Assembly (NCBI RefSeq): GCF_036321535.1
Contig: NC_087436.1
Coordinates: 19,470,001-19,534,000, forward strand
Direction of reading: 5' to 3'
DNA from: Camelus dromedarius
Taxonomy: Eukaryota
DNA: 64,000 nucleotides
The position numbers and the translations under genes are program-made. Below the pieces are notes generated by a model. The model was not told the DNA's origin and did no database searches. It worked only from the letters and a program-made list of their open reading frames with translations. This document shows positions 25,460 through 38,414 of the stretch, piece after piece (the stretch's first letter is position 1; each line of letters starts with the position of its first letter).

Positions 25460-26033
25460 GGCTTCAGCGTCCACGCTTTGTGGTCTTGTGGTAGCAAGAT
25501 GGCTCTGCAGCTCCAGGCACTGTGTTCTCATTCAAGGTGGGATGGAAGGGGAAAGGCATTGCTGCGAAGCTTTCTTCTCGTCTCTGTCCTTCTAATTAGT
25601 AAGAACAAACATTCCCAAGAGGCTCTCAGCAGACTTGCTCTAATATTTCATTGGTCAGAACTCAATCACAGGGTTACTACTGTAAAGGCAGGAGACAGGT
25701 TGGGTATCCAAGGGAACAGAGTGTGACTTAGAACTATGCTTCTCGACCCCTTCCCTTCGTAACACACGTGGTCAATGTAACATCTGTTGTACATCCAAGG
25801 GGTAAGCAGTATTCCTCCTGCTCTAAGCCCTGCCCTTCTGCCCTGAGGGGTAAGGGGAAGGGCTGGCTATCTGTGATGCACTTAAGATTCATATTAGCTG
25901 GAAATGACTAGTTTAGACTAGTCATGAGTCATATACTAGATTAGACATATTGTTGCTTCAAAGACCACAGGAGCCTGTTAGCATATAAGAAGATGGAATG
26001 GCTGTTAGGTAGGCGATCTGTGGATTCTGGCAC
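25460..26033 (-). mobile_element. MLT1K/L-like MaLR LTR with a ~160-bp internal insert (~25735-25895)
   Basis: 'gcaagatggctctgcagctccaggca', 'tttcattggtcagaact', ends 'tctggcaca'. Confidence 0.65.
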
Positions 26034-26080
26034 AGTAGTTGTTTGCTTAAATAAATTATATTTGATCTTGGAATGCTGTG

Positions 26081-26189
26081 TTTATTTTTGTGACTTTTCT
26101 TTTTTTTTAAAAATGGAGGTACTGGGGATTGAAGCCAGGACCTCGTGCATGCTAAGCATGAACTCTACCACTGAGCTAGACCCTCCCCC
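26081..26189 (-). mobile_element. Vic-1-like SINE
   Basis: 'tggaggtactggggattgaagccaggacctcgtgcatgctaagcatgaactctaccactgagcta'. Confidence 0.9.
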
Positions 26190-26824
26190 TGGAATACACG
26201 ATGCTTAGATTTGAATAAATGTGTATCTGTTACTCTCAGAAGTTACTCCCCCTCCCCTTTAATAGTGAAACTATTAGGTACTGGGAAAGAGGCTTGGAGC
26301 TGGAAAATTGGCTTCTTTTTTTCAGGTATACTTTCAGCCTCACTTGTGGTAATATGACCTCTGCATACATTGAGTTATCCTGGTAGTTTGTAAAGGAAGA
26401 GGGGTGGGAAAGGACCCCATCACCAAAGTGAATCAGGTTTATATACGAGAGACCAGAATTGCATCATAAGAAAGGGTCCTAGGAACCAGGCACTGAGCAG
26501 ATTGGTGGTAGCTGGTTTCTTACATGTCAAACTCCAAAGGCTGCTCTGGCAATCATTAGGTCTCCAACATAGCCAGTGAGGGTGCTCGTTGGAAGGTGTC
26601 CTGAGCTGAAGGTGGAGATCAGCTTGAAGGTGCGTCAGTAGTGAGTTGCAGAGGTTGACAAGGCTTTACTCTGTAAAGCGCTAATGAAGAGCTTATGGAT
26701 GAGGTGAAATTTATGGTGAAACTTTAATTCTTATACCCTCCAAAATAAATAGATGGAGTGCCTAAGGTTGAAACAGATTAGTTTGTATCTTGTGATAATC
26801 TGAAAAACAAAATTTCCTCTAGAG

Positions 26825-26965
26825 CAAGAGTTTCTTAGCCTAGAAGCATGGAGTCTTTGTAAGTTCTGAAAATTTATAATCAAAATTTATTATATAATTG
26901 TATATGGGTTTTTCTAGAGGGAAAGGCCATCGCTTTCATCTAATTTTCAAAGATTAAAAACAGAG
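26825..26965 (+). mobile_element. hAT-Charlie MITE (Charlie4z/MER103-like)
   Basis: 'gtttcttagcctag...tttttctagagggaaaggccatcgctttcatctaattttcaaag'. Confidence 0.55.
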
Positions 26966-27729
26966 AATCTGTTGAATGCTTAAATAACCCAGACTTGAAG
27001 CAGTTTTCCAGGTCTCATTAGAGTTATTTTAACAGAACTGTAGCTTCTAATTGTTCTATGACCTGATAATCTGTTTAAACAGTAATTTCACTTTGATGTA
27101 TATGGTGCTTTACAGTATGTGCAGGACACGGCACAAATGGCTTTATGGAAAAGATATGCTTTTCTGTAAAATATTCACTAGTCCTGAGTCCATGAAATTC
27201 AGTTTTTCTCTTGAGGAAGAGAAAATACATTGTATGAGATGACCAAAATTTGCGTTGTTTTTCTATGTGATACTGCAAAGCAGCTATATAAAACTCTTTA
27301 TTCTACCTTTGAGATTATGTAGAGTTAAGGGTAATTTAGTTATAATGGTCAAATGCTTAATTTTTCACTAATCCTTCCAGAATTTGAATATCTAATGTAT
27401 TTGGATATTTATCTACTTAGATTTTTTAATCATAGCAAAATAGTGGTAGATAGATAAAAAAAGAATTATTTTTTCTATTATAAAACAATTCTTGGGGCTT
27501 CATTGCCTTCGGTATCACTTTTATCCTTTAGATGTGTGTGTGTGTTTAAATAATTTTCCCCCTGTAGACAAAGCTGACAGCATTTTCCAAATTGATTTTC
27601 TATCTATAATATTCCAATCTCAAACCTCATTAAAGCCCTTTTCATCATTTCTCTGACTCCATTAGTCATAGCAGCATCTCAAAATTTAGTTTTCTCAGTA
27701 AATTTCATTATTGTGGTTACCAATTCATT

Positions 27730-27930
27730 ATAAAATGATCAGAGGAGTAGGAGGGAGGGAAGAGGAATTGACATATGTGAACAAAGTGAAAGATTAGGAC
27801 TCCTTGGCCTGGAAAGTAGAAATCTATCAAATCACGAATGGCATGGGTGAGGCGAACATGACCACGATCGGAGGTCTGGAAACAGAAGGATGAAAAGGTG
27901 TGCTTGAAACTCTCTTGAAACCTAATAAGT
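27730..27930 (+). mobile_element. CR1/L3 fragment
   Basis: 'aaagattaggactccttggcctggaaag...tctatcaaatcacgaatggcatgg' resembles the CR1 ORF2 end. Confidence 0.55.
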
Positions 27931-27939
27931 AGGGCTGCT

Positions 27940-28700
27940 TAACAGGGGCAGAAGAGTTATTTTGTATCTGGCCCACATGTAAACAGATCTTATGGATAAA
28001 GAAGAAACAAATATATAAACCAGTAGGAAAATGAGCAAAGATCTTAAACTGGCCGTCCACAGAGGAACAACTGTGGATGAGAAATAAACCTGTGATAAGA
28101 TGTACAAACCACACTTCTAATCAGACTAGTACAAATAAAAATATTTTCCATCTGTAAAATTAGCAAAGTCGAACAAGATTGACAAGACCTATTATTGGTA
28201 AGAATGGAAAGACTTAGAAATATACACTGTTGGTAGGTGTGTATGTAGATACAGTCTTTCTAGATGGTGGTTTCATAGTGTAAATCAAAATTGAAAACAC
28301 TGAAAATAATCACAACAATAATAATAGCTTTTATGAAAGCTGCTCTGGACTTGGAGCTGTGCTAAGCACTTAACATCTATTATATTTTTTCCTCACAATA
28401 ATTATTATTACTCCTATACTATAAATGAGGAAACCAGAAGTAAAAGTTTGTGTCTGCCTACTGCCCCCTCCCCACCGAGCGACATAGCTATTAAGTGATG
28501 AAGTCAAGCTTTGAGCTTTCTGACTCCAGATGCCACAATGATAACCACTTTGCTGTTCAGCCTGCTCTTGGTGGGTCAGGTCCAATTCTAGGAATTTACG
28601 AAGAAAATCATCAATGCCCAAGTTGTATGTACAAGAATGTTACATGCCTTCATATTTGAGTGCTAGATATATATGCACCCACTTGAAATGTAGTTTGGGT
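27940..28700 (+). mobile_element. Old L1ME ORF2 fragment split by a MIR
   Basis: 'aaccagtaggaaaatgagcaaagatcttaaactggccgtccacagaggaa', 'atacactgttggtagg'. Confidence 0.65.
28315..28560 (-). mobile_element. MIR
   Basis: 'ctgtgctaagcacttaac...ataaatgaggaaaccagaag...tctgactccaga'. Confidence 0.75.
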
Positions 28701-29570
28701 ATATTCAAGGCAGTTAGCTGGAGCTGAAGCCACTGAATAAACTTGAGAACCTAAAAGGTGCCTCATCATTGAAAGAGGTACTAGGAAAAAACTCTACTCA
28801 TTGGCCAAGGTGAGTGGTAGGGTTGTCCTAGGCTGGCAGTTGGAGTGGAAGAAGAGAAGTCTCCTGTGAAAAACAGAAGCTCCAAGCCTGTTCCACAGGT
28901 GGCTGTCGAATATGAATTTATACTATTTTTATGGGCCCAGAAACTCCAAGCCTAGAGGTTAATGTAAAAACTAGTTTCAGACAGGAATTCTAGAGAAAGA
29001 GAATAGCAGGAATGGCTGAGAATTTTTCAGAATTAATAAGATATGAATCCCCAGATTGAAGAAGTTCACCAAGTTCAAGTAGATAAGTATAAAAACAATC
29101 AGACCTATATGTCAGAATAAAACTTCAGTACAACACAGACCACTGTGACCACAACCACTGCTAATAGTGATGGCAAGCGCTTATCCGGTGGTTCCTCTGT
29201 GCCTGGTAATCGTCTAAGTGCTTTATATACATATTAACTCACTCAGTAATGGCTAGTAACTCACACTTATTTTATTGAAGAGGAGAATAAGGCACAGAGA
29301 GGTTACTAAATTTTCCTAAGATCATTCAGCTACTGTGTGGCCAAACTGGGATTTGAACCCAGATAATCTAGCTCCCAAGTTTGTGCTCTTAACCACTACA
29401 CATAACGCTCAAGGAGAAAAATCCTCCTGCAGCCAGAGAGAAAAGACAACTTTCTAGAACAACAATAACTAGTCTGGCAGCTGGCTTCTCCAGTAACAGG
29501 ACAAAATAAAATGGAGTATCTTCAAGGGCTGTGGGAAAAATGACTGCCCCCCCAAGATTATTCACAAATA
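28700..29570 (+). mobile_element. Old L1 5'/ORF1-region relic split by a MIR
   Basis: 'atggctgagaatttttcagaattaataagatatgaatccccagattgaagaagttc', 'gagaaaaatcctcctgcagccagagagaaaagacaa'. Confidence 0.6.
29160..29400 (-). mobile_element. MIR
   Basis: 'aaggcacagagaggttactaaattttcctaagatc...gggatttgaacccag...gctcttaaccactac'. Confidence 0.85.
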
Positions 29571-29859
29571 ATCACTCTAGAGTGAGGCTGAATTTCCCTT
29601 CCTGTCCTCCTTCTCTTCCTTTTTTTCATCTTTTCTTTGAAAAATAATTTTGGTTTCCTTCCCTTGTCTGGAGGCAGCTGGGGTTGGGGTGGCCCGTGCA
29701 TCTAGGGCTGAGGAGGCGACTGGGACTGGGTTTGGGGTGGTAAGTAAGACTAAGAAGGCAGTCAGGGCTGACACAGCCAGGATGCCGATTATATATAGGA
29801 GGTCTGAAGATCTGTCTACATTGAGGATAATTAGTGTTCAAAAAATGGTGAGTCCACAT

Positions 29860-30750
29860 CAGAAAGTACACAGGAGCCAGCTTGAAGGGCCATCCACTGG
29901 TCAGATCTGATGTCTTTTGATGCTGAAATAATTATCAAAATAAATAATAATGGTAAAAGATTATACCCTACTAAGTAAAATAGGACCCTAGGAGTCCATA
30001 GTGCTATAAGTAGAGAAATGAATAAATAAATCAATGGGGGAGAATTCTAGGCAATAACCACAGAAGGAAAGATGGCGTTAGAAAATCACCATGTGGGAGC
30101 TCTCATAGAAGTAATGCTAATAATTGATTCAGGCATGAGTCATTCACGGATGTTAAAACTAGCACATGAAAGTTAACGAAGGAACAGGGTGATAGTATTC
30201 TCAAAGTATTTTAATTAACAAGGGGAAAATTGCGAAGAGAAACCTAGAAGACACCCCCTTTAAACCAAGGGGGCAAAGTGAACATCCCTGGGAATGGGGT
30301 AACTGGACATCGTTGCTGCTGGATGTGGTGCATTGAGAAGAGCCCAGCCTCACCTCTGCAGCATTTCTGTCAAAAATGTGTAACCTGAAAACGACACAGA
30401 CAAACCCAAATAGAGGGACACTCGGTGAAATAACTGGCCTAAACTCTTCAAAACTACCAAGGTTATGAAAGGCAAGGAAAGATTAAGGAATTGTTCCAGA
30501 TAAAGAGACATGACAATCAAGTGCAAAAATGTGATTCTAGATTGGGACAGTTGGTGAAGTTTGATGGGACTGGATTTGATGGTAGTTACCATTTTCAAGA
30601 TAACTTCCTGATTTAGCCAGTTTTATTGTGGTTCTGTAGGCGAGTGTTCTTGTCTTTTAGGAAATACACACAGAAGTATTGATGGTATATTACATCTGCA
30701 ACTTACTCTCAATTGGTTCTGAAGATAAAAATTGTGTGTGTGTGTGTTTA
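29860..30750 (+). mobile_element. L1MC-like 3' end
   Basis: 'agaaaatcaccat...taattgattcaggcatgagtcattcacggatgttaaaactag', 'catctgcaacttactctcaattggttc'. Confidence 0.8.
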
Positions 30751-30993
30751 TACCTCTTGTGTGTATGTAAATGTACATTTTAATTTCATTCTGAACATAC
30801 CTGCATAATATGTAATTATCACCCTTTAACCTGGTTTCTGAAAATGTTTCATGAATTTTCTTTTAATCTAGTTTTTAACCTGGTTGACCTTCACCATCTC
30901 AACAAAAAATGCTGATGATTCAAAGCGCCCTAAATCACAAATTCATTACATTTATACATTTTCCACTTATTATTTTCACATCATCTCTACTTA

Positions 30994-31075
30994 TTTATTT
31001 GCTTTGTGGTTTTTTTGTTTGTTTCTATTTTTTTTTTTTTTGCTGATATAGTTGATATACAATATTATATAAGTT
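30994..31075 (-). mobile_element. Ultra-short L1 3' stub with TSD
   Basis: ~35 bp 'gctgatatagttgatatacaatattatataagtt' plus T-rich tail; TSD catcatctctactta (30979-30993) / catcatttctcctta (31076-31090). Confidence 0.75.
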
Positions 31076-31124
31076 CATCATTTCTCCTTAATCTGATATA
31101 TTTTAAATGTATGTAATCCACTCC

Positions 31125-31345
31125 ATGGTGTTTTATAATGGGAAGATAATGGTGTTTAGAGTCAGGCAGACTTGGTTTCACACTGCAGTTCTGTTTCTAT
31201 CTCGCTGTGTGAATGTGGGCACAATTCTCATCTTTTTTGGTGAAAGTTTCCTCCTCTGTAGGCAACTCAGGATTGTTGTCAACGTGGAGAACAAACATGG
31301 AGATGTGAAACCAAGGCAGAGTTGCTGGCATGTAAGAGACATGCG
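31125..31345 (+). mobile_element. MIR
   Basis: 'ttagagtcaggcagacttggtttc...gctgtgtgaatgtgggcac...gtttcctcctctgta'. Confidence 0.75.
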
Positions 31346-32519
31346 GTAAACATTGCCTGCTCTCACTTCATCTTCCTTCTCTCACCAAGAGCATCCACAT
31401 TGGTATCCTGGGCAACGCTTACTAATAAGGGAACGTAGTAAAGGGCTCTGTCCCTGCCCTTTTGTCATTTTTGGCTTCTTTCCTTGTATCTGATTCTTGC
31501 CTTGGTTTCTGTAATTAAATCATCCACCATCATCCAGAAGATGCACCAAGCCGGACAGTGGCCATGGTTTGGGGGGAGGGTGGGAGTAGAGCACAGAGAA
31601 GACGGGAGGATTGCTGGAGCACCGAGGGGTCCTGGGGACCAGCAGCCAGTGTGAGTGAGGAGGGTAGGATAGAGTAGGTCTCTCCAACCCAGGGACTATT
31701 CTCTCTGCTGTTGGAACAGCTTAAGATCTCTGAGAAAAATACTGATTGACTGATACTCCTCTGACTCCTTACTCAGGAAGCACATTTTAGCTTTTCTGAG
31801 TCTTGGGGCCATTCAGTGTTTGCCATTTCTTTCCTTTCATTGATGGTTTCCCTATTTGCCTTTGTTCTCTTTGGGGCGTTTTTCTTATTGCTAGCCTTCT
31901 TTACACTTTTATATGTAAATGTTTATTCCCTAAATGTCAACATAGGTTTTGTGCAATCTTTATTACATGTTAGTTCATTTCTATCTCCTTTGTATTCTTC
32001 CTCTTCTTTTTCTTTAAACATCTGGAAGGGGATTGTGGGGAGAACTGGGAAAATGTGGTCCAAAGGTACAAACATCCAGCTGAAATATTGAAAGGAAAAA
32101 ATACATAGCTGCAAGGTTGGACTGATAAACATTGTATGTGTATGGAGAGTAGTTTATTGACAGCCTGTCATCTCATTGGTCTGTCATCAGATGTGAAGGA
32201 CAGTAAGTCCAATGGGACCTGAAGCTTAGCATCCTTTTTTTAGTTCCTTGGAACCAAACTCAACAAGTCCTGGATTAGGGTTCTGCTCCCTAGCAAGAGC
32301 TCAAGTGCTGAAATTCCAAGTCCATATCCTTAGCTCTAGTCTGACTCTTACCATAGTGCATACCTCGCATCTAGGCGATGTTTAATAAATGTTTCCACAA
32401 ATATTTATTGTATCTGTGACTCAATAACTCAAGATTCTGCCTTCCAACCCAAATATTTATACTAAGCCTAGATACCAGAATAGGATTGAGTGTGGGTTTC
32501 TACTGGATCATGCTCTCAT

Positions 32520-34025
32520 AACACCGTCCAAGTTCCCTTGAGCCACAGCCCCATTTCACTGCTCATCTTCGAAGCAAGCAAAATTTGAAACAGCTGTCCC
32601 AGTCTTTACTCCTTATAGCACCTCCTCTCCTCAATTTACTCTACTCCAGCCCCACCAGCACTCTACTTAGGGCTTGACTCTGCCCTTATCAAAGTCACCA
32701 GTGACCTCCATCTTGCCAAAGCCACTGGTGGTTTCTCTGTCCTTGTCTTATTCAATCACTTGGCAGTACTAGATACAATGGATCACTTTCTCCTTGAAAC
32801 ATGTTTTCCTCTTTGTTTCCATGACATCTCCTTCTCCTGAGGTTTCTAGTGCTCCTTCTCAGTATCCTATGTGGGTTCTCTGCCCTGCTTAACTTCTATA
32901 CATGTTAGAATGTCTCAGGGCTTGGTGGCAGGTCCTGGTCTTTTCTCTGTCTACAATAACTCTCTCAGAAAGTCCATCCAATCCCACGGTTTATATGTAA
33001 CATCAAAATGCACCTGCTACCAAGTCGATGTCTTCAGCTCTAACTTCTCCCCCAAGTGCCAGACCCACGTATCAGAAAGCCTATTTGCTGGCTCATCTTG
33101 GCTGTCTAATAAGCACCTCAAGTTTACCATATGCAAGATAGAATTCTTGATTCCCCTGTCCTTCAGCTGCTTCTCCCTTAACCTTCTCACTTCAGTCAAT
33201 GGCTCCACCCATTGCTTGGATTTAAGACTCTCCCTAGATTTCTCTCTTATCTCCACTGCCCCCTCCCCACATCTGACTCATCAGCAAATCCTGTTGGATC
33301 TCCCTTCAGATTATATCTTGAGTTCATTAACTTCTCTTCATCTTCACTGTCACTCTCCAAATGCAAGATGTCATCAACTCTGGCCTGTCATGCTGCAGTT
33401 ATTCCCTAATTGGTCCCCCTGCTTCTACGGTGATCTCCTTAAAATTCTGATTTCACATATCAGCTAAAGTAAGGTTTTCAGAATATAAACCTCACATTGT
33501 GTCACTATACTCTCTCCCAACTCTCCCCTGGTTTTATAACCTCTGGTGTCCTCTCTTGCCCTTAGGATAAAATCTAGGCTCCTTGTCCCAGCCACTAAGG
33601 TCTTCTTACCTGGCCCTGCCTCCCTCCTTGGCCCCACACTTATACATACCCCATACTCAGCACACTCCAGCAACACAGAGTTACTCTCCTCAAACGCACC
33701 AACCCTGTTTTTTCCCCCAGGGCCTTTGCACTAGCCATCCCCTCTGTCTGGAACATTCTTTCTTCCAGTCGTCATTGGATTGGCTCCTTCTTGTCACTCA
33801 AGTGCCAGTTCAAATGGCACCTCCTCAGTGGCGTTCCCTGAGTGCCTCCCCTGTGCTTCCTATTGCACTGACCTCTTTTATTTTCTTCAAAGCCATTGTC
33901 ATTATCAAAGGGTCTTGTTTGTCAGCTCTGAGAGCGGGGGTCCTTGTCTGACTTTTTCATTCCAGTGTTCCTGCTGTTCATAATGCCTGGTGCCCAGACT
34001 GTGCTAAATCACTATAGAGTAAATT
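32520..34025 (+). mobile_element. Long L2 (RT region to 3' end)
   Basis: 'caaagtcaccagtgacctccatcttgccaaa', 'tctaataagcacctcaagtttaccatatgcaa', 'cagggcctttgcactagc'; accounts for ORF 32871-33467. Confidence 0.9.
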
Positions 34026-34859
34026 AATCATTGCCCAGGACTCAGGATAGAACCAAAAAGCCTGGGCGTTAGCAAGTCTTATCTGTTAGCAGTCTGTGAT
34101 GTGTGTTCACAGGCAAGGTTTCACTTTTCCCACCTTGGCTATTTTTTCTCTCCTTTCCTTTCTCCTCCTTCAGGATGGACTTGTCTTTGTTTCCATCTCT
34201 GAACAGCCTTTCCAAAGTCACATTTCATCCTTCTTGTCTTTTTACATCACCCAAAGATTCTTTTCGGAAGGAGAGTAATTCCAGCACGCTGTGATCCATA
34301 AAGCTGTTTCTTATTACATCAAATTAAAGGGCTTCCTGATCACTGGTCCCAGGCTTGTCTATTTTTGTAAAACAAATGTTCCACTGTTCTTACAGTGTAA
34401 TCTCATGGAGATTCTCTTCTGGAGTTTCTGATTTTCTTTATCTTCATTTGTCTTCTATGACTTCTTTTGTGATGAAGAATCTTTTTGAGACTTTTTCTCT
34501 TACTGTACTTGAACCAGAAAGATAACCACATATTTAAGCTATCTTGGATGTCACACAGTCATTGCGTGTGGATACCGGTGTATATAACTATTACTGTTTT
34601 TCACAGAGCTCCTTCTTATATCTTAACTGATGTTTTGTTGCCAAAACAAAGGCCAAAATGTAGGACATTGTCTTATGTGAAGAAATTAATCCATTTTTTT
34701 CTTTCAGGACAGAATCTTTTTCTTTTTTTGTTTTTAATTGAGAGGGTCCAGCAAAAGTGTTCTACTCATTCACAGGCATTTGCTCATTCACACACGTTTC
34801 CACATATTTTCAGAAATTCGAGTGTCCTGATTACATGATGTTGCAGAACATAGCAGTGT

Positions 34860-35470
34860 CTACCGATAACACTTTGAACGCTTGTACCATTATATACGTG
34901 TGCACTGCCTGAAGAGCTAACCGTGCTTTACAGCTCTGCCTCTTAAACTCTGGTCCCCAGAGCCTCTGCCCAAAATGAACAACTTCTTTTGTTATTGCTT
35001 TATCCAGTTCCTCTCTCAGCTTCAGTTTCCACGTTTGTTTTGTATTGTTAAGTCATACTCCAGAGAGTTCTTAAAGGTGTTTCTCCCGCTCTCCTGTTCT
35101 GATGCTGTTCCAGATCCATGCACTGGACAGTGACTCCATTCTTGCGTATCCTGCTGCAAGCTTTTCTTTGCTCTTGAACAATCCACAGATTTATTTTTTG
35201 TCTTTTCTATTCTAATATTTTATTTTATTATTTTTTATTGAAGTCAGTCAATTACAATGTGTCAGTTTCTGGTGTACAGTACAACGTTGTCTCAACATTG
35301 CATCAGCATAAGAGGACAGGCCAAACTGAAGGGCTTCTGTTGGATGATCTCACTTTGTGACTTAACGTTCAGGAGTGATATTAGTGAAAAGCCCTGTTAA
35401 GCAGGGCATGAGGGAAGTTCAGGCTGTCCAATTGCTAAAAATCCAAGGCAGCTGTGCAAATTCTTCCTGG
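34860..35470 (-). mobile_element. RTE-clade LINE relic (L4/RTE-X-like)
   Basis: Minus-strand peptide remnants LLNVKSQSEI, ADAMLRQ, LWIVQEQRKACSRIRK, FKNSLEYDL, AITKEVVHFGQRL follow the RTE post-RT motif order. Confidence 0.55.
35191..35287 (-). mobile_element. Young L1 3' stub nested in the RTE relic
   Basis: T-rich tail + 'ttgaagtcagtcaattacaatgtgtcagtttctggtgtacag'. Confidence 0.85.
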
Positions 35471-37198
35471 TGCAGACTAGAACATAGCCATGATTCTTTT
35501 TTTCAAGCCAAAAGTTATAGTCTGACAGCAAAAGCAGAAAAGTTACCTGTGATCAATTGTATATATTTGGGGGGTTGTGTTTCAAAAGCAGCTCTATCTT
35601 ACCCTGAAATTCCTTGGATGACTTTGTTGTTTGTAGTTGCTAAGTTGGAAGAAATTCCCAGATGACTGAAAACTTTTCTGACATTATTTTAGTTGACAAA
35701 TAGCGTACAGGTGGCCTGGTTTTTAAATGAGGATTGTTCAATTCACATTAAACCATCTTTTAGTTCCTCCATCTGTCTTAACTTTATTAAAGTCAAAAAT
35801 AATGTTTCAAGAGGGGAAAATCATAAATATGATTCATAAATACTTTAAAAAACAACAATAGTGCTCCTACTTGAATAGAAATCACACTTAGAATTGTAGT
35901 TTATCTTTGAAAGAAAAACTTCTGGGATTGAGGGTAAACCAATTTTAGGAAAGAAATCAAATATTATGGAATTTGAAAATCTAATTTGGCAAGTATTAGA
36001 TTAATGTCCTGTAAAACCTCAAAGTCTGAATTCAGTTTACGGAGTGTTTGACTTAATTCTCTTGCTTCTTTTTCTCTTTTTCCGTTCATTATTTCTGTGT
36101 AAATCTCAGTGACTTTTCCTTTTCATGGCTTTAAACATTAAGTACTGAATTCTAAAGGGGAAGTTCCCTTGCTGCTCCCCCCACCCTGCCAGTGATCTTT
36201 TGTTGAGCTGGTGGACAGGAATTTGTGTGTGTGTGTGTGAAGTTACTCTTTTTATGAATATATGCATAATTGCACAATTTTCATGTACGTATTTTTTGCT
36301 TGCAAATAAGTAGGGATTTAAAAGTTTGGTACATAAAGAGCAAGGCCTTTTCATATATTTGTATCCTAATATGTTTTTATTTTTAAAAAAATATGCTGTA
36401 GCTGATTGAACTAAATTTGATTTTGACTTGTGCCACACAACTATAATTTCTTCAAAAACATGTCAATATGCAGTATATTTAAGGTAGTGTCAGCAATAAT
36501 TCCTTCTTTATTTAGAGTAATGTGATCTAAAACTATCAGCCTTTCCTACTTTCACGAGCTTTTGACTTTCTTACCATAATGTAGGAAATAATGCATTTTA
36601 TTTAAAGCTTTTGGTAAAATGTCCATCAGTGGAGAGAAAATTTTTGTTTAAATTATGCTCTCTCCATTGAAATAGGCCTTTCTACCATTATCTGTGTGTC
36701 TTTCAATATTCTAAGGCCTTCGGATTATTTTGGATGAATTAGTCACTGCTTCATTTAAAACTTAACATAATGATCCCCTTTTGCAGCCAAAGAATTGGAC
36801 TAAGTAGGGTTATTAAGCTGGGGAACAAAATATCAAACGATATCAGGGTCTAGTTACCTTATCATTTCTCTTCAGATAAGCGTGATTAAGCAACCTGTTG
36901 GGTAGTAGATCTGGACTGGAGAGAAGAGAGAATAATTAATTGGAAGAATGTGGAGGGAAAAAAAACCTTTACATTGACCTATAATGAGAATAATCCATGA
37001 TTGCGTAGCAAAGAGAAGAGTGATCCGAGTCTTGAATTCAAGGCCAAGTTAGCTTGCTTTTATCAGGATATCTTATTCATTTTTATGAATATTAACTTCT
37101 ATAAAGTCCAAATTGAGCAAGGAAAAACAAATGACATATATGGCTATCTACAAGTCCAGGTGGGAGAGACCTCAGGGAATAGAAAATACGTTGAAATT

Positions 37199-37333
37199 GG
37201 GGGACGGAATAGCTCAAGTGGTAGAGCACACGCCTAGCATACCTGAGGTCCTGGGTTCAATCCCCACCACCTCCCCTGAAAAATCAAATAAGTAAATAAA
37301 TCTAATTACCTCCCCCCTGCAAAAAAAAAAAAA
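37199..37333 (+). mobile_element. Vic-1-like SINE, full length
   Basis: A box tagctcaagtgg (37210-37221), B box ggttcaatccc (37254-37264), 'taaatctaattacctcccc' body, A13 tail. Confidence 0.93.
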
Positions 37334-38414
37334 TTATAGGAATAAGAACATGAAGGAATGTGCTCCCACGGATACATGGATAGAAAAAGGGTTTGGGAGG
37401 AAGACGTCTTTGAATCTTTCCCAGGTCCTCCATATTTTCGTTTGTTCATGTCGTTCGTATTTACTGTGTGTGTGCGTGGTGGGCTTTGCAGCCTCTCCAA
37501 ATAAGTGTATTGCTAAAGGTATAGTGACAGACTTTTGTCTTGGTGTCCTCATGTGCATGCTGATCTAGTATAATTAGCCTTTACAGTTCGTGATTTCACG
37601 TACAATATTCATACTCCTTGAAAATGTTTTCATGGCAAGCTGCCTCCTGCCTTTGGCCATGTCAATACTCATTAAGCACTTTGTTATAGAAAAGTAGAAA
37701 GGAAGAATATGAAACAAGACCTAGTTATGTTGTTTCTCAATTGTAGCACAGGTAGATGAAAGATTTAAAGAGGTAAAGTGTTGTAATAAATACTTAAGTC
37801 AGTTTTCCATTCATGTTATAACCATAGAATATGAGAATTTGAAATCTAGGGCCAACCTGGACCAGTCCCCAGAATCAGTGGTATTGGCCTTACATATTAA
37901 GTTCTAGAAAATTTGCAATCATTCTGATTAGATTTCCTGACATATAATACAAGTAATATTGACTGTTTAGATGCAAGGATTAGCTATATTCGTTGAGGTA
38001 GATCTTCTCTGGTTCTTTGAAATAGCTTTACTGTAATGATATACAATTTTTCAATGTGATTTTAAATGTGTTTATACTTTGACACTGGAGTTGGGAGCTG
38101 TTAAGCTTACTCTGAAAACTATAGAGAACTGAATTTTCAAAAAGCACTCTGAGTAGTTGCTCTTAGTGGTAGGTTTCAATACGGAGTTAGATGTGCACAC
38201 TGTGTTGCCTTTCCCTAACACATCTTCATATATTTCCCATTCCGATTATTTTTACTTTGGACTTGATTTGATGTCATATAGTACTCAATAGTAAATTATG
38301 CCTATTTCAAAATGCATTCTGAATTCAGTGCTTGAATTGCATAGGTAGCAACTTATCCTGAGCATGTGTAGGTAGCCTTTCTTCTCCTTGTGTTAGAAAT
38401 GACTCCGTGTATCA

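Noticed and set aside
25735..25895. Possible hAT MITE inside the MLT1 LTR
   Set aside because: Only one TIR-like end visible and no TSD; family could not be assigned
32871..33467. Longest ORF (198 aa)
   Set aside because: GTG start and entirely within a decayed L2; no sign of domestication from sequence alone
37199..37275. tRNA gene
   Set aside because: tRNA-like head is followed by a SINE body and A tail, with five related copies in the window
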